This document shows positions 19,939-30,160 of a stretch of 64,000 nt of DNA, piece by piece. Each line of letters opens with the position of its first letter. Positions within the stretch are counted from its first letter, which is position 1. The stretch is taken from NCBI GenBank assembly GCA_034670305.1, contig JAXMNT010000023.1, positions 47,986 to 111,985 of the forward strand, in the 5' to 3' direction. The notes beneath the pieces were generated by a model that was given only the letters and a program-made list of their open reading frames with translations, ran no database searches and was not told the DNA's origin. Made by a program: the position numbers and the translations under genes. The DNA is from Deltaproteobacteria bacterium. GTDB lineage: Bacteria > Myxococcota_A > Polyangia > Polyangiales > Houyiibacteriaceae.

Positions 19939-21348
19939 ATGGACACCCCACGCCGCACCCATCGCCGGATTCATGGACTCACGCTCTGCGCCGCCAGCCT
20001 CGTGCTGGGGGCCTGTGGCGGCGACGAATCGGAGTCCCCCGCCGAGGGGCTGCTCACGGAGGTCTCCCGGGCCGCCAACGCGTTCGTGGCGGGTCGCATC
20101 GGTGGCACGGTCGCGGCTGCGAACGATGTGACCGTCGAGGTGCTGCCCCACCGCAACGGCGACATCGAAGCGGTCTTCGTCGACGCGAACGGCGGGCTCG
20201 TGTCCGATGCCCAGCAGGTCGAGGTCGAGGTGATGGGCGAGGACGGACAGCCTCAGACCGTCACCCTGACGTGGGACCGGGCCACCAGCCGCTACCTCGG
20301 CAAAGCGCCAGGCAAACTCGCGGCCGACACCTCGGCGACCGTCCGGTTCTCCAAGCAGAACACGCCCCACACCGCGCAGATCGCGCGCGTGCACACCGCG
20401 CCCTCGGCCGCGTCCCACGGCGGCACGATCGTCGTTGCGGCGGACCACTCCGCCGAGGTCGCGCCCCAGCCGGACGGCTCGGTGCACGCCTGGATCGAAG
20501 GGCCGGAGGGCGACGTCGAGGGTCAGCTGGACGGCGACGTGCGGGTCTCGGTGCAAGGCGCGGACGGCGCGGCCCACACGGTGTCGTTGCGATGGGATGC
20601 GGAACTCGGCGCCCACGTGGGCCGGCCCGACACCCAGGTGACCTGGGCGCCGGGTCCGCTCGCGATCGAAGTGGACGCCGGCGGTCAGGTGGCCCGCTCG
20701 CGCGTCGAACGCGTAATCGTCGCCGGCGCGCCTGCCCACGGCGGAGACGTCGTCGTGGTCGGCGACTACCGGGTCGAGGTCGTGCCCCAAGAAGACGGAC
20801 GCATTCTCGCGTACGCCGTCGACGTGGAGGGCAATCCGGTGGAGCGCCGCACCACCTTGCACGTGCAGCTCGGTGCCGATCGGGTCGAACATCGACTTCG
20901 CTGGGATGGCGATGTCGGCGCCTACGTCGTTCGGGTCGACCCCACCATCGACGTGTCGGTGGCGCCGATCGGCGTCGTGGTCAGTCACCAGGGACGGCGC
21001 CACCGCGGCGGCATCTCGGTCCGTCACGGCCACGTGCGCGGCTGGCACCACCGCCGAGTCGAGGCGCGCGTGCACCTGCCAGAGGCGCAGGTTCGTGTGG
21101 ACGGGCATCCAGGCTTGATGCTCGGCCACGGCATGCGGGGCGGGCTCCGCATCGAAGGACCGGCTGTCCGAGTTCGTGGTCCCGGCCACAGCATCATGGT
21201 GAACACCGGTGGCCACTCGGTGATGGTGCGCGCGGGGCGTCCTGGCGGTTCGGTGCGGGTGCGGGCGGGCTCCCGAGGTCATTCGGTCATGGCCCGGAGC
21301 CGCGGCGGCATGGGCATGGGCATGGCCAGCGTCATGATCCGGTTCTGA
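19939..21348 (+). CDS. Lipoprotein with three internal beta-rich repeats and a His/Met/Gly-rich tail
   Basis: LGAC lipobox; repeats containing HGGxxVV and LxWD; GHSVMV tail repeats. Confidence 0.65.
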   Translation: MDTPRRTHRRIHGLTLCAASLVLGACGGDESESPAEGLLTEVSRAANAFVAGRIGGTVAAANDVTVEVLPHRNGDIEAVFVDANGGLVSDAQQVEVEVMGEDGQPQTVTLTWDRATSRYLGKAPGKLAADTSATVRFSKQNTPHTAQIARVHTAPSAASHGGTIVVAADHSAEVAPQPDGSVHAWIEGPEGDVEGQLDGDVRVSVQGADGAAHTVSLRWDAELGAHVGRPDTQVTWAPGPLAIEVDAGGQVARSRVERVIVAGAPAHGGDVVVVGDYRVEVVPQEDGRILAYAVDVEGNPVERRTTLHVQLGADRVEHRLRWDGDVGAYVVRVDPTIDVSVAPIGVVVSHQGRRHRGGISVRHGHVRGWHHRRVEARVHLPEAQVRVDGHPGLMLGHGMRGGLRIEGPAVRVRGPGHSIMVNTGGHSVMVRAGRPGGSVRVRAGSRGHSVMARSRGGMGMGMASVMIRF

Positions 21349-21515
21349 GAGGAAGGCGGAGGCTCGAATCGTGCGATTCCCCGGTGCGCGCTGAACCTCG
21401 GTTGAATGTGGCGGGGCTCCGTTCGTCCGACCTCTGTCTCACGCGGGTTCTGACCGTCGTCGTCTGCTGTGGCGGCCGTCGGGCGGTCTGGCGACGGGCG
21501 TGGTAAGAGGGCACC

Positions 21516-22520
21516 TTGCGCGTTTTCATCACCGGCATTGCAGGCTTCCTGGGAAGCCACGTCGCAGAAGATCTTCTGTCGCGCGGGCACGAGGTGTCGG
21601 GCAACGACCACTTCAAGGGCGGCTACGCGGACAACGTTCCGAGCGGCGCCACCTGCCACGAAGCCGACTGCTGCGACTTCGATCGAATGCGCGCGTTGCT
21701 CGAAGGCGTCGACGTCGTGGTGCACGCCGCCGCCGCCGCCTACGAAGGGTTCAGCGTCTTCAGCCCCGCGCTCGTCACTCGAGACAACAGCCAGGCGTCC
21801 GCCACCGTCTTCAGTGCCGCCGCCGCAACCGGCGTCCAGCGGGTCGTGTTCTGTTCTTCGATGTCTCGCTACGGCGACAGCGAGGTACCGTTCCACGAGA
21901 AGCAGCCAGTCCGGCCGTGCGATCCCTACGCGATCTCCAAGGTCGCCTCGGAGCAGTTGCTCACGCACCTCGCGGGCGTGCACGGGTTCGAACACGCAAT
22001 CGCCATCCCCCACAACATCATCGGCGCGCGCCAGAAGTACGACGACCCGTACCGCAACGTCGCCAGCATCATGGCCAACCTGATGCTCCAGGACCGGCAG
22101 CCGATCATCTACGGCGACGGCGAACAGATGCGCTGCTTCAGTCCCGTGCAGGACGTGGTCGGTTGCCTGACCCGCCTGGTGCTCGATCCCGACGTCGATG
22201 GACTGGTGGTCAACGTCGGGCCGGACGACGGGTTCATCACCATCAACGCGCTGGCGAAAGAAGTCGCGGCCGTGGTGGGCTTCGATGGACTCGACCCCCT
22301 CTACGTCGACCCGCGTCCGTGCGAAGTGAAACTTGCGACGTGCAGTTCCGACCTCGCCCGGACCCGTCTCGGCTTCGAACCGACCCGCACGCTCCGCGAT
22401 GGGCTCGAAGACATCGTCGCGTACATCCGCCGGCGGGGGCCGCGTCCGTTCGAGTACCACCTGCCGCTCGAGATCGTGACCGACGCGACCCCGAAGACCT
22501 GGAAAGACCGCCTGTTCTGA
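21516..22520 (+). CDS. NAD-dependent sugar epimerase/dehydratase (extended SDR)
   Basis: ITGIAGFLGSH, SSMSRYG, DPYAISK, IYGDGEQMRCF. Confidence 0.9.
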   Translation: MRVFITGIAGFLGSHVAEDLLSRGHEVSGNDHFKGGYADNVPSGATCHEADCCDFDRMRALLEGVDVVVHAAAAAYEGFSVFSPALVTRDNSQASATVFSAAAATGVQRVVFCSSMSRYGDSEVPFHEKQPVRPCDPYAISKVASEQLLTHLAGVHGFEHAIAIPHNIIGARQKYDDPYRNVASIMANLMLQDRQPIIYGDGEQMRCFSPVQDVVGCLTRLVLDPDVDGLVVNVGPDDGFITINALAKEVAAVVGFDGLDPLYVDPRPCEVKLATCSSDLARTRLGFEPTRTLRDGLEDIVAYIRRRGPRPFEYHLPLEIVTDATPKTWKDRLF

Positions 22521-22553
22521 CGCGGTAGGACGGGTCCCGGTAGACTGGGCGCG

Positions 22554-23087
22554 GTGGAACGCTCCACGAAAGCTGCGCTCGAACGGCGCCTCGCTGGGTT
22601 CGTCGCAACCTGCGGCGTGCTGCTCGCCGCGAACTACCTGCTCCCGTACGCGGGGCTCCGCGACGACAGCTGCCAGACGATGTTCTCGGAGCTGCAGTGG
22701 TCGCGCGAGGGGAACAACCACGCCTTCATGCCGCAGCACATGATCGGCGACTCGTGGGACTTCTTCTACGACGTCCACCTCGAGTGGGAGGACGACCCGG
22801 CGGTGTTCCGACAAGAAGCCCCCGAAGAAGAGGCGCGCCACGAAGCCCTGCGCGCGTGGATGCATCGACCCGAACGACGCCACAACCGCGACGCCCTGCG
22901 CCTGGTCGTGGATCGACTCTGTCGCGACGGCCGCCGCTTCTCCCTTCGGTTTCGCTCGGCCCACGACGGACCTGTCGTCGCTCCGGACGAAGTGTGCGCC
23001 GACCCATCTCTTCGGCGCGTTCGGTGGTGGATCCCCGTGCGCCGCTTCGAGACCGACGAACCCCTGCCGCCGTGGATGCGGCCATGA
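22554..23087 (+). CDS. Hypothetical membrane-anchored protein, partner of the downstream membrane protein
   Basis: N-terminal TM, PYAGLR...TMFSEL; ATGA overlap with the next gene. Confidence 0.6.
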   Translation: MERSTKAALERRLAGFVATCGVLLAANYLLPYAGLRDDSCQTMFSELQWSREGNNHAFMPQHMIGDSWDFFYDVHLEWEDDPAVFRQEAPEEEARHEALRAWMHRPERRHNRDALRLVVDRLCRDGRRFSLRFRSAHDGPVVAPDEVCADPSLRRVRWWIPVRRFETDEPLPPWMRP

Positions 23088-24130
23088 GCAGCGCCCGCAC
23101 GTTGCCGCTGCGCGATCCGCGCCTCGTCGCGATCGCGGCCCTGCTGCCGGTCGGGTTTGTCGGCCACACCATCCAGCTTCTGTCCGAGGACCGTCCTTGG
23201 GATCCCGCGCAGTGGCCGCGGTACGACTGGACACCCGGCTGGCACCTCGCGCTGCCTCCATGGCTGGTGGTCGCGTTTGCGGTCGGGCTCGGGGTGGCGG
23301 TGCTGGGGCTCGCCGTGGCTGTCTTCCGACGCGGCGACCCGCATCCGGCGCGCCTCAGCGATCGAACCTGGTTGCTCGCGACCGCGACGTTCTACTTCCT
23401 GCACTACCTGACGTACCCGTTTCGGATTCGAAACCACATGACGTTGATGTTCGCGATGCTCTTCGTGATCGCGGGCTGTCACGTCGTCGCGGGGCGGAGG
23501 TCGCGCACCGAGGAGCCCCGGACTCGGGTGCTCGATCGATGGATCGTGCGCGGCGTCGCGCTCGTGCTCGCGTTGACCTACACGTTCGCGGCGCTCCACA
23601 AGACGAACGTTCGGTTCCTCGATCTCACGCTGCCGACGGCGGCGCTGCGCGCGGTCGACGACTTCTGGATCTACGGCGACCTCGGTCACGCGGCGCCGCC
23701 CTGGGCCAAAGCGGTGGCGATCTACGGAACGCTGGTCGTCGAGTACTCCTTTGTCTGGTTGGCGTGGGCGTTCACCCGAACGCGCGTCTTCTTCGTCGTC
23801 GGATTGATGCTGTTTCATTTTCCGCACATCGCTGTGATGAACGTCGCGGACTACCCGATGATCGCGAGCGCGTTCTTTCCGGCGCTCTTCAGCGAAGCGC
23901 ATTGGCGGGTCCTGCAACGCCAACTCCCACCGTCGTTGTGGACGACGACCGGCGCAGCGGTTGGGGTCGGGGCGCAGCTGTGGTGGATGCCGTACTGGGG
24001 CGCGATGATGGTGTACGCCTTTGTGGTGGTCGCACTCTGGGGCGCGTGGATCGGCGCGATGGCGGCGAGCTTCTACATGCGCTTTCGACCCTCGGCGCCC
24101 GCCCCTGCGACAGGTGTCACACCCGTCTGA
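23084..24130 (+). CDS. Polytopic membrane protein, HTTM-like
   Basis: RNH and YTFAALHKTN motifs, GTLVVE, LFH; ~8 TM. Confidence 0.6.
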   Translation: MSSARTLPLRDPRLVAIAALLPVGFVGHTIQLLSEDRPWDPAQWPRYDWTPGWHLALPPWLVVAFAVGLGVAVLGLAVAVFRRGDPHPARLSDRTWLLATATFYFLHYLTYPFRIRNHMTLMFAMLFVIAGCHVVAGRRSRTEEPRTRVLDRWIVRGVALVLALTYTFAALHKTNVRFLDLTLPTAALRAVDDFWIYGDLGHAAPPWAKAVAIYGTLVVEYSFVWLAWAFTRTRVFFVVGLMLFHFPHIAVMNVADYPMIASAFFPALFSEAHWRVLQRQLPPSLWTTTGAAVGVGAQLWWMPYWGAMMVYAFVVVALWGAWIGAMAASFYMRFRPSAPAPATGVTPV

Positions 24131-24165
24131 TAGAGCTTCGCGCCAACCAACTCAGGAGGTTCACG

Positions 24166-24537
24166 ATGAGTGCGAAGGAAGTCGGAGAGAAGATGGTGGC
24201 GTTCTGTAAGAAGGGCGCCAACCTGGACTCGATCAACACGCTCTACCACGACGAGGTCGAGAGCATCGAAGCAGCCGAGGCACCGGGCATGGAGCGCCAC
24301 ACGAAGGGCATCGACGGAGTGCGCAAGAAGAACCAGTGGTGGATGGACAACCACGAGGTGCACGAGTCCGAGATCGAAGGCCCGTTTCCGCATGGCGACG
24401 ACCGCTTCTGCGTGATCTTCCGGTACGACGTGACCCACAAACCGAGCAGCGAGCGCTGGAAGATGGAGGAGGTGGGTCTCTTCACGTTGAAAGACGACAA
24501 GGTGATCAAGGAAGAGTTCTTCTACGCGATGGGATGA
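24166..24537 (+). CDS. SnoaL/NTF2-like family protein
   Basis: AGGAGG RBS; LYHDEVESIE, GPF, EEVGLFTLKDDKVIKEEFFY. Confidence 0.85.
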   Translation: MSAKEVGEKMVAFCKKGANLDSINTLYHDEVESIEAAEAPGMERHTKGIDGVRKKNQWWMDNHEVHESEIEGPFPHGDDRFCVIFRYDVTHKPSSERWKMEEVGLFTLKDDKVIKEEFFYAMG

Positions 24538-24572
24538 ACGCTTCTTGTCTTGCACCTCGGGGGAAAGCGCCG

Positions 24573-26705
24573 TCACTCGACCGAACGTAGATCCGCTCGG
24601 TCTTCTCCCCGCGAGAAGACCGGCGGGCGGCCGATCGGTGCCTCGACCGTGAGGCGCATCGGCCCGTCGAGGCGGGTCCCGGTCCAGACATCGAACCACG
24701 CGCCCTCGGGCAGGTAGACGCTGCGCGTGGTGGCGCCCTCTTCGGTGACCGGGGCCACCAAGAGCGCGTCGCCCAGAAGGTACTGGTCGCTGATCGACCA
24801 GGTCTCGCGGTCGTTCGGGAACTCGAGCATCAGCGCGCGCACGATCGGCGCCGAGTCGACCTGCGCCTCGTCGGCGAGCGTGCGGAACAGAGGCGCGAGC
24901 AAGTCGTGGATCCGTGCGAAGCGGCGGAAGTGCGCGGTGGTCTCCGCGTCGCTCTCCCACGACCAGTTCTCTTCCTTGTTGTTGCCTTCGTGGGTTCGAA
25001 AGATCGGTGTGAAGGCGCCGAGTTCGGTCCACCGCAGGAAGAGCTCCTTGCTGCTTGGTCCACCACTGAAACCGGCGACGTCGTGGGTGACGTGGAACTG
25101 TCCCGCGAGCCCCAGGTTCAGCATCGCTGGAACCACCGTCGGCAGGCCATCGGCCGCGTCGAAGGTCGCCTCTTGGTCTCCGACCCAGTGAATCTGCGCC
25201 ACCGATTGCACGCCGGTCCATCCGGCGCGCGCGATGAACGCGTAGTCGCCGTCGGGCCGCTCTTCGTCGAACACCTCGCGCGCCATGCGCTGCCAGTCGA
25301 TCGGGAAGGTGTTGTGGTACGCGCGTGGATCGCGCCCGTCGGAGAGCACCGCGTCGAGCGGGGTCCACTCCGAGAAGTCCTGCATCCAGCCATCGAACCC
25401 ATAGGTCTGGATCATGTTGCGGAGCGCGGCCTTCACGTACGCCTCCGCGGCGGGGTTCGTGAGGTCCGGGTGCGCGCTGCGTCCGTTCGGTGCGCCGAAC
25501 GCATAGCTGCCGCCTTCGGGCGATTGCATCAAGAGCCCCATCGCGTCCATCTCCGGAAAGTGGTCGTCGAGCTCCATCGCCACGAAGGGGTTCGCATAGG
25601 CCAGAAACCGATACCCGCGGTCGTGCAGCATCGAGACCATGCCCGGTAGGTCTGGGTAGAGTTCGTCGTCCGCCTCCCAGCGGTACTCGACTCCGAATCC
25701 GCCGCCGAAGTTCATCCGGATCCCCGTCCAGTCCTGCACCCAGAACGCGGCGACCGGGATCTCGGCGGCTTCGAGGGCGTCGACCTCGGCGAGCACGTCG
25801 TCGCGCCCGCCTTGGCTCGCGACCCACAGGCCGAATGACCAGTCTGGGATCGGCGCGGGACGCCCGACCACATCGCCGAGCTGCCGCACGACGTCTTTGG
25901 GCGTCGGGCCATGGAACACCGTCCAGGAGAGCGGGGCGTCCCCTTCGACGTCGAGCCACGCGACGCTGCCGTCGTCGAGGTTGTCTTCGGGCGCGCTCGC
26001 GGACTCGGTGCAGACGGTGGCGATCGTGCGGCGTTCGGTGTGCACCAGCACGCCATGGCCGCGCGCGTCGAGCCAATACGGCATCGGGAAGTAGGTGGTG
26101 TGCGCGTCGCCCATCACGTCGCGGATGCCACCGGTCCGGCCGATGCCTTGTTCGCTCACGAACAGATCGAGCACGTGGCCGCGTTGGTCGATCGCGTCGT
26201 ACTGCTCTCCGAAGCCGTGAAACGATCCTTCGTCATCGCACCGGAAGGGCAGCGCGATCGAATCGACCTCGAGGTCGGCTGCGACCGTGAAGGTCAGGCG
26301 CGTGCGCTCCGCTCCATCCGCGGCAATCGACAGCGTGCCGGCGGCCGTTCCATCGGCGCGCTGGTAGTCGATCTGCACCGCTTCGGCTTCGCTCACGAAC
26401 GGGGAGCCCGCCGGAATGAGCAACGCGTCTTCGACGTTGGATCGCCGAAAACTCCAGATGCCCAAGGGGCCTCGCGCGGTCTGGTCGAACGTCCGCAACA
26501 CCGGACCGAGATCCGGCGGAATGGTCGCGAGCGAACGGTCGCCGACCTCCACCCGAAGTTCGCCGGTGGGGTGCACGACGATCCGAGCGCCGTTGCCGAG
26601 GAGGAAACTGCGTGGGGCGGGTGGGTCCGCGCTGCAGGCGAGGCACAAGACGACCCACAGGGCTTGGTTCACGATCGAGGCGCGCGGGCGCAGAGAGAGA
26701 ATCAC
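24573..26705 (-). CDS. Glycoside hydrolase family 31 (YihQ-like), probable lipoprotein
   Basis: GFGEQ, SEQGIGR, WVQDWTG, GWMQDFSE nucleophile, HWVGDQ acid/base, ELFLRWTELGAF; start uncertain (26705 or 26672). Confidence 0.9.
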   Translation of the reverse strand: MILSLRPRASIVNQALWVVLCLACSADPPAPRSFLLGNGARIVVHPTGELRVEVGDRSLATIPPDLGPVLRTFDQTARGPLGIWSFRRSNVEDALLIPAGSPFVSEAEAVQIDYQRADGTAAGTLSIAADGAERTRLTFTVAADLEVDSIALPFRCDDEGSFHGFGEQYDAIDQRGHVLDLFVSEQGIGRTGGIRDVMGDAHTTYFPMPYWLDARGHGVLVHTERRTIATVCTESASAPEDNLDDGSVAWLDVEGDAPLSWTVFHGPTPKDVVRQLGDVVGRPAPIPDWSFGLWVASQGGRDDVLAEVDALEAAEIPVAAFWVQDWTGIRMNFGGGFGVEYRWEADDELYPDLPGMVSMLHDRGYRFLAYANPFVAMELDDHFPEMDAMGLLMQSPEGGSYAFGAPNGRSAHPDLTNPAAEAYVKAALRNMIQTYGFDGWMQDFSEWTPLDAVLSDGRDPRAYHNTFPIDWQRMAREVFDEERPDGDYAFIARAGWTGVQSVAQIHWVGDQEATFDAADGLPTVVPAMLNLGLAGQFHVTHDVAGFSGGPSSKELFLRWTELGAFTPIFRTHEGNNKEENWSWESDAETTAHFRRFARIHDLLAPLFRTLADEAQVDSAPIVRALMLEFPNDRETWSISDQYLLGDALLVAPVTEEGATTRSVYLPEGAWFDVWTGTRLDGPMRLTVEAPIGRPPVFSRGEDRADLRSVE

Positions 26706-26778
26706 CCGCGCAACGTAGCAGGTAGGTGCCGGTCGCCGCCCCACCTCGCGCGCGAATCTGGACCTCAGCCGCCGGTGC

Positions 26779-28017
26779 TCAGGGCCCGCCCCAGTAGTCG
26801 TCGAGTGCGACCGAGACGTCGCTGATGCGTCCGCTCTCGAAGAGCTCCGAGCCCTCGACGATCGTGGTGCAGGTGTTGTCGGTGGACTCGAGGTGTACGA
26901 GTCGCGAGACCGCTCCGTCTCGGCAGATCGCGAACGAGCTCGTGTCGTCGAACGGGTCCGGCACCGCGGCCCAGAACGCGCAGCGAAGATCGTAGTCGAG
27001 CCGGGTGGTGGCCTCGAGATCGCATCGGCCGCCCGGGCCGAGCGTGTTCTCGGTGCGCGGCACGATCGAGCGGTAGCTGAACACCTCGGAGCGCTCCGAT
27101 CGAATGCCGGTCCAGACGACCCGGTAGTTTTCGTTCCAGAAGAAGCTCGAGATCGTGGTGAGGAAGAAGCCTTCCCGATCGAGCGTGTGGTACGGCATCG
27201 TGACGGTCCCGCCAATCCACGGGTCCGCGTCGCCCGCCGCGAACGCACTCGGTTTGACGGCCCGAAGCTCCTCGCGGTCAAGCGGGTTCAACGTCGCCGA
27301 GCTGATGTTGCTGCCCCCGAAGTCGCGCGGCTCCACGGTGGTGCGCACCTCACCGGTGAGGGGTTCGTAGATCTGAATGGACTGGATCGCAGAGAACCCG
27401 CGGCGCCGGTTGGCCACGGCGATCCGCGCAGATCCGTCCGGGCCCGGCTCGTGGATCGGAAAGATGTCGCTCGGTTGGTCGCCGTTGGGCACCGACCAGA
27501 GGAATCGGTCGGTCAGTCCGTTGAGGCCCACGACCTCGTCGTCTTCGGCCGCGACCACCACCGTGGTGGGCGGCGCGAACCCGATCGCGAACGGGAGCTC
27601 GGGCAAGTTGCCATCCGCATCGAGTCCGCCGCACCGGCAGATGCCCGACGCGCTGAGCGAGAACCGCAGCACTTGGCCGCCACACGACTGGCCCCCGGGC
27701 AGGTCTTCGACCGACGCGATCAACCACGGGATCGGGCATGCATCGCTGGCGCAGGTCACAGGCAGTGCGCAGTCGCCGGGGATCCCACTGTCCTCGCCGG
27801 GTGCGTCTCGGCCGGGCGCGTCTTGGCCCGGTGCGTCGCGGCCCGGTGCGTCTTCGCCGGGCGCGTCGCGACCCACGAGGCCCCCATCGGTGCCCTCCAC
27901 GACGTAGCCCGACGCATCCGGCAAACAGCCGACCATGAGCAGCAACACCACCCAACATCCGGTCGAGCGAAGTCGAGCGAAGGCAGCGAGAGACGCCATC
28001 GGAACGGGGCGGGACAT
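26779..28017 (-). CDS. Hypothetical Cys-rich lipoprotein
   Basis: LMVGC lipobox; GxDAP pentapeptide repeats; paired cysteines. Confidence 0.6.
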   Translation of the reverse strand: MSRPVPMASLAAFARLRSTGCWVVLLLMVGCLPDASGYVVEGTDGGLVGRDAPGEDAPGRDAPGQDAPGRDAPGEDSGIPGDCALPVTCASDACPIPWLIASVEDLPGGQSCGGQVLRFSLSASGICRCGGLDADGNLPELPFAIGFAPPTTVVVAAEDDEVVGLNGLTDRFLWSVPNGDQPSDIFPIHEPGPDGSARIAVANRRRGFSAIQSIQIYEPLTGEVRTTVEPRDFGGSNISSATLNPLDREELRAVKPSAFAAGDADPWIGGTVTMPYHTLDREGFFLTTISSFFWNENYRVVWTGIRSERSEVFSYRSIVPRTENTLGPGGRCDLEATTRLDYDLRCAFWAAVPDPFDDTSSFAICRDGAVSRLVHLESTDNTCTTIVEGSELFESGRISDVSVALDDYWGGP

Positions 28018-28646
28018 CAGTTCTCCTCTTCTACGTCTGGTTCGTCCGGAGGTCCCTTTCGGAACAGCGAAATCAGGAACGCGGCGGGAATCGCGATCAT
28101 CGCCTCGAGATCGATCTCGATGCCCGCGGTCACTTCCCAGCGACCTGGTTCGTCCAGATGCACCCGGCCACTGACAAACACTTGAAGACCGAGACCGTAC
28201 GCGGAATGAAAGTTGTAGCTGCGGTAGCCCCACGCGAGGGTGGCGACCCCGATCGGACCGTTGGCGAAGGGCACCGACCGGGCCGCGTAGCCGGCGGCGA
28301 GGGTGAGGGTCAGCGGAAACCCGCGGGCGATCGGCATCAGCACCGCGATCCCGACCGCCGCCTCGGCGGTGTCGAAGCGCCAGGTTCTCAGATCGAGCGC
28401 CGGTCCGACCCGGAAGTGTTCGTCGCCAGGCGCGCCGAAGAGCGCTTCCATGCGCAGCAGGGTCTCGAAGACGAACTCCCGCTGCAGCTCACCGGTGGTC
28501 GCGCCGAATCCAAGTCCGTAGCGGGCGGAGACCTGCACATCGGCCCGCGCGACCGACGGTTCGAAACTCAGACTGGCGAGCGCCAGCGCAAGCACGCCCA
28601 CGCCCACGCTGGGCGTGAACCCCGTCCTGGTCCCGACCCGGTTCAA
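28017..28646 (-). CDS. Putative small outer-membrane beta-barrel protein
   Basis: Signal ending ARA-D; alternating aromatic/Gly strands; start uncertain. Confidence 0.5.
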   Translation of the reverse strand: MNRVGTRTGFTPSVGVGVLALALASLSFEPSVARADVQVSARYGLGFGATTGELQREFVFETLLRMEALFGAPGDEHFRVGPALDLRTWRFDTAEAAVGIAVLMPIARGFPLTLTLAAGYAARSVPFANGPIGVATLAWGYRSYNFHSAYGLGLQVFVSGRVHLDEPGRWEVTAGIEIDLEAMIAIPAAFLISLFRKGPPDEPDVEEEN

Positions 28647-28647
28647 C

Positions 28648-29460
28648 TCAGCGGGTGGTCCACACGAAGCGGTTGTCGACTTCGACGTCTTCTTCGGTCC
28701 CGTCTGGCCGCAACACCCGCACGGTGGAACGTTCGTGACCCACCCGCGAGATCTTGCTGACCGCGCGGGCGTCTCCGAGCTCGGTGATCGATTCGCCGTC
28801 GATGGCGACGATGGTGTCGCCCACCACGATGCCAGCGCGACCAATAGGCGATTGTTCCACGATCTCGATCAGCTTCAGCCCGTTGCGCCGCGACTCGTAC
28901 AGCGTGATGCCCGACCCTCGGTGCGCGCGTGGCGGCCCCACTCGAAACTCGAGGTTGGCGGTGCCCTCGAGCATGATGCGCGCGTTGGCGCCCGGGACCG
29001 CGGACCGCGGCAACCCGGTTCCGTTCCAGGTCCCGATCGGCTCTGGCCGGACGGTGTCGTGATCCCAGAGCTCGAGCCGCAGCGTCGACCGCGGGGTCAG
29101 CAAGAGGTTGTCGGTGATCGCTTCCGCGAACGTGGGCGCGAGAGAGTCGCGCACCGGCTCGGATTCGTAGACCAGCTCCCCCTCTCGGTAGAGCCGGACG
29201 AATACATCCGGCGGTGTTCCGTCGTCGTCCCACGCGAGCCCACTCCGCTGCCGCGGCGGAATGGTCGCGGAGGTGAAGGTCACCCGGACCAGGTTCGGCG
29301 GCGGGTTGCCGGCCGAGCTGTCGCTGACGGGCGCGAGCGAGGTCGAGCGCCTCGGATGGACGCATCCAACCAAAGCAGAGCAAACCAACGCCGCGGCGAG
29401 GACCGCGGGCGACACCGCGCGGGTGACGGAAGAAACGGTGGGCACGAGCCGAAACGCCAT
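28648..29460 (-). CDS. Lipoprotein with a C2-like domain and a C-terminal PDZ domain
   Basis: LVGC lipobox; PDVFV...LELWDHD (C2-like); SPIGRAGIVVGDTIVAIDG (PDZ). Confidence 0.7.
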   Translation of the reverse strand: MAFRLVPTVSSVTRAVSPAVLAAALVCSALVGCVHPRRSTSLAPVSDSSAGNPPPNLVRVTFTSATIPPRQRSGLAWDDDGTPPDVFVRLYREGELVYESEPVRDSLAPTFAEAITDNLLLTPRSTLRLELWDHDTVRPEPIGTWNGTGLPRSAVPGANARIMLEGTANLEFRVGPPRAHRGSGITLYESRRNGLKLIEIVEQSPIGRAGIVVGDTIVAIDGESITELGDARAVSKISRVGHERSTVRVLRPDGTEEDVEVDNRFVWTTR

Positions 29461-29702
29461 GCGGCGCATCATGTCACCGCTTGCCGGGCGACGCATCGTT
29501 TCGATCGAATGCGCCCTGCGCTCGGGTCGAGGGTCGAGTGCGCGCCGAAGACCATCAAAGTGCGGAGCACTTTGCGCGAAGCGAAGTTGGGGAGGAGGCC
29601 GGAGGGGCTTTGCCCCGCAGGCCGGAGGGGGATGCGCTCATCCCCCTCGGACAACAAACGCGTCGACTCGATACTCCGCGCCGGTCGCGATAGACTCCCG
29701 GC

Positions 29703-30152
29703 ATGCGCAGATGGACATCTTTGGCGGCGGTGTGTTTGGCGTCGCTCTGGGCGGGCTGCTCGGCGGGGCAACAGTCGGGCACGTTCTTCTGCACCCCCGG
29801 CGAGGTCATCGAAGCAGGCTGCGGGTGCAACGGTTACGGGTCCTGCTCTGGAGACCCGGTGCTCATCGCCTGCGACGGCACGTTCAGCCCCGCGCAATGT
29901 CTCGACCGCGAGAGTTCGGGTTCGCTCGCGCGCAACGACGACACCAGCGGGTGCGGGCTCTGTTCGTACCTCGCGGTCACGTGTCCCCCGAGCGGTTCGG
30001 TGACTTTGGTGAGCCGCGCGTTCGGAAGCGGCTCGTACCGGTGCTCCATCGAACGTTCGCGCAGCTCCCGACCGCCGCCCGGCGACCCCGAGCCGGACAC
30101 CGAAGATCCCGCCGGCCCCGTCTTCCCCGACGCCAGCGTCGACGCGCTCTAG
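29703..30152 (+). CDS. Small Cys-rich lipoprotein
   Basis: LWAGC lipobox; about ten Cys; NDDTSGCG. Confidence 0.6.
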   Translation: MRRWTSLAAVCLASLWAGCSAGQQSGTFFCTPGEVIEAGCGCNGYGSCSGDPVLIACDGTFSPAQCLDRESSGSLARNDDTSGCGLCSYLAVTCPPSGSVTLVSRAFGSGSYRCSIERSRSSRPPPGDPEPDTEDPAGPVFPDASVDAL

Positions 30153-30160
30153 CAGCGCTG

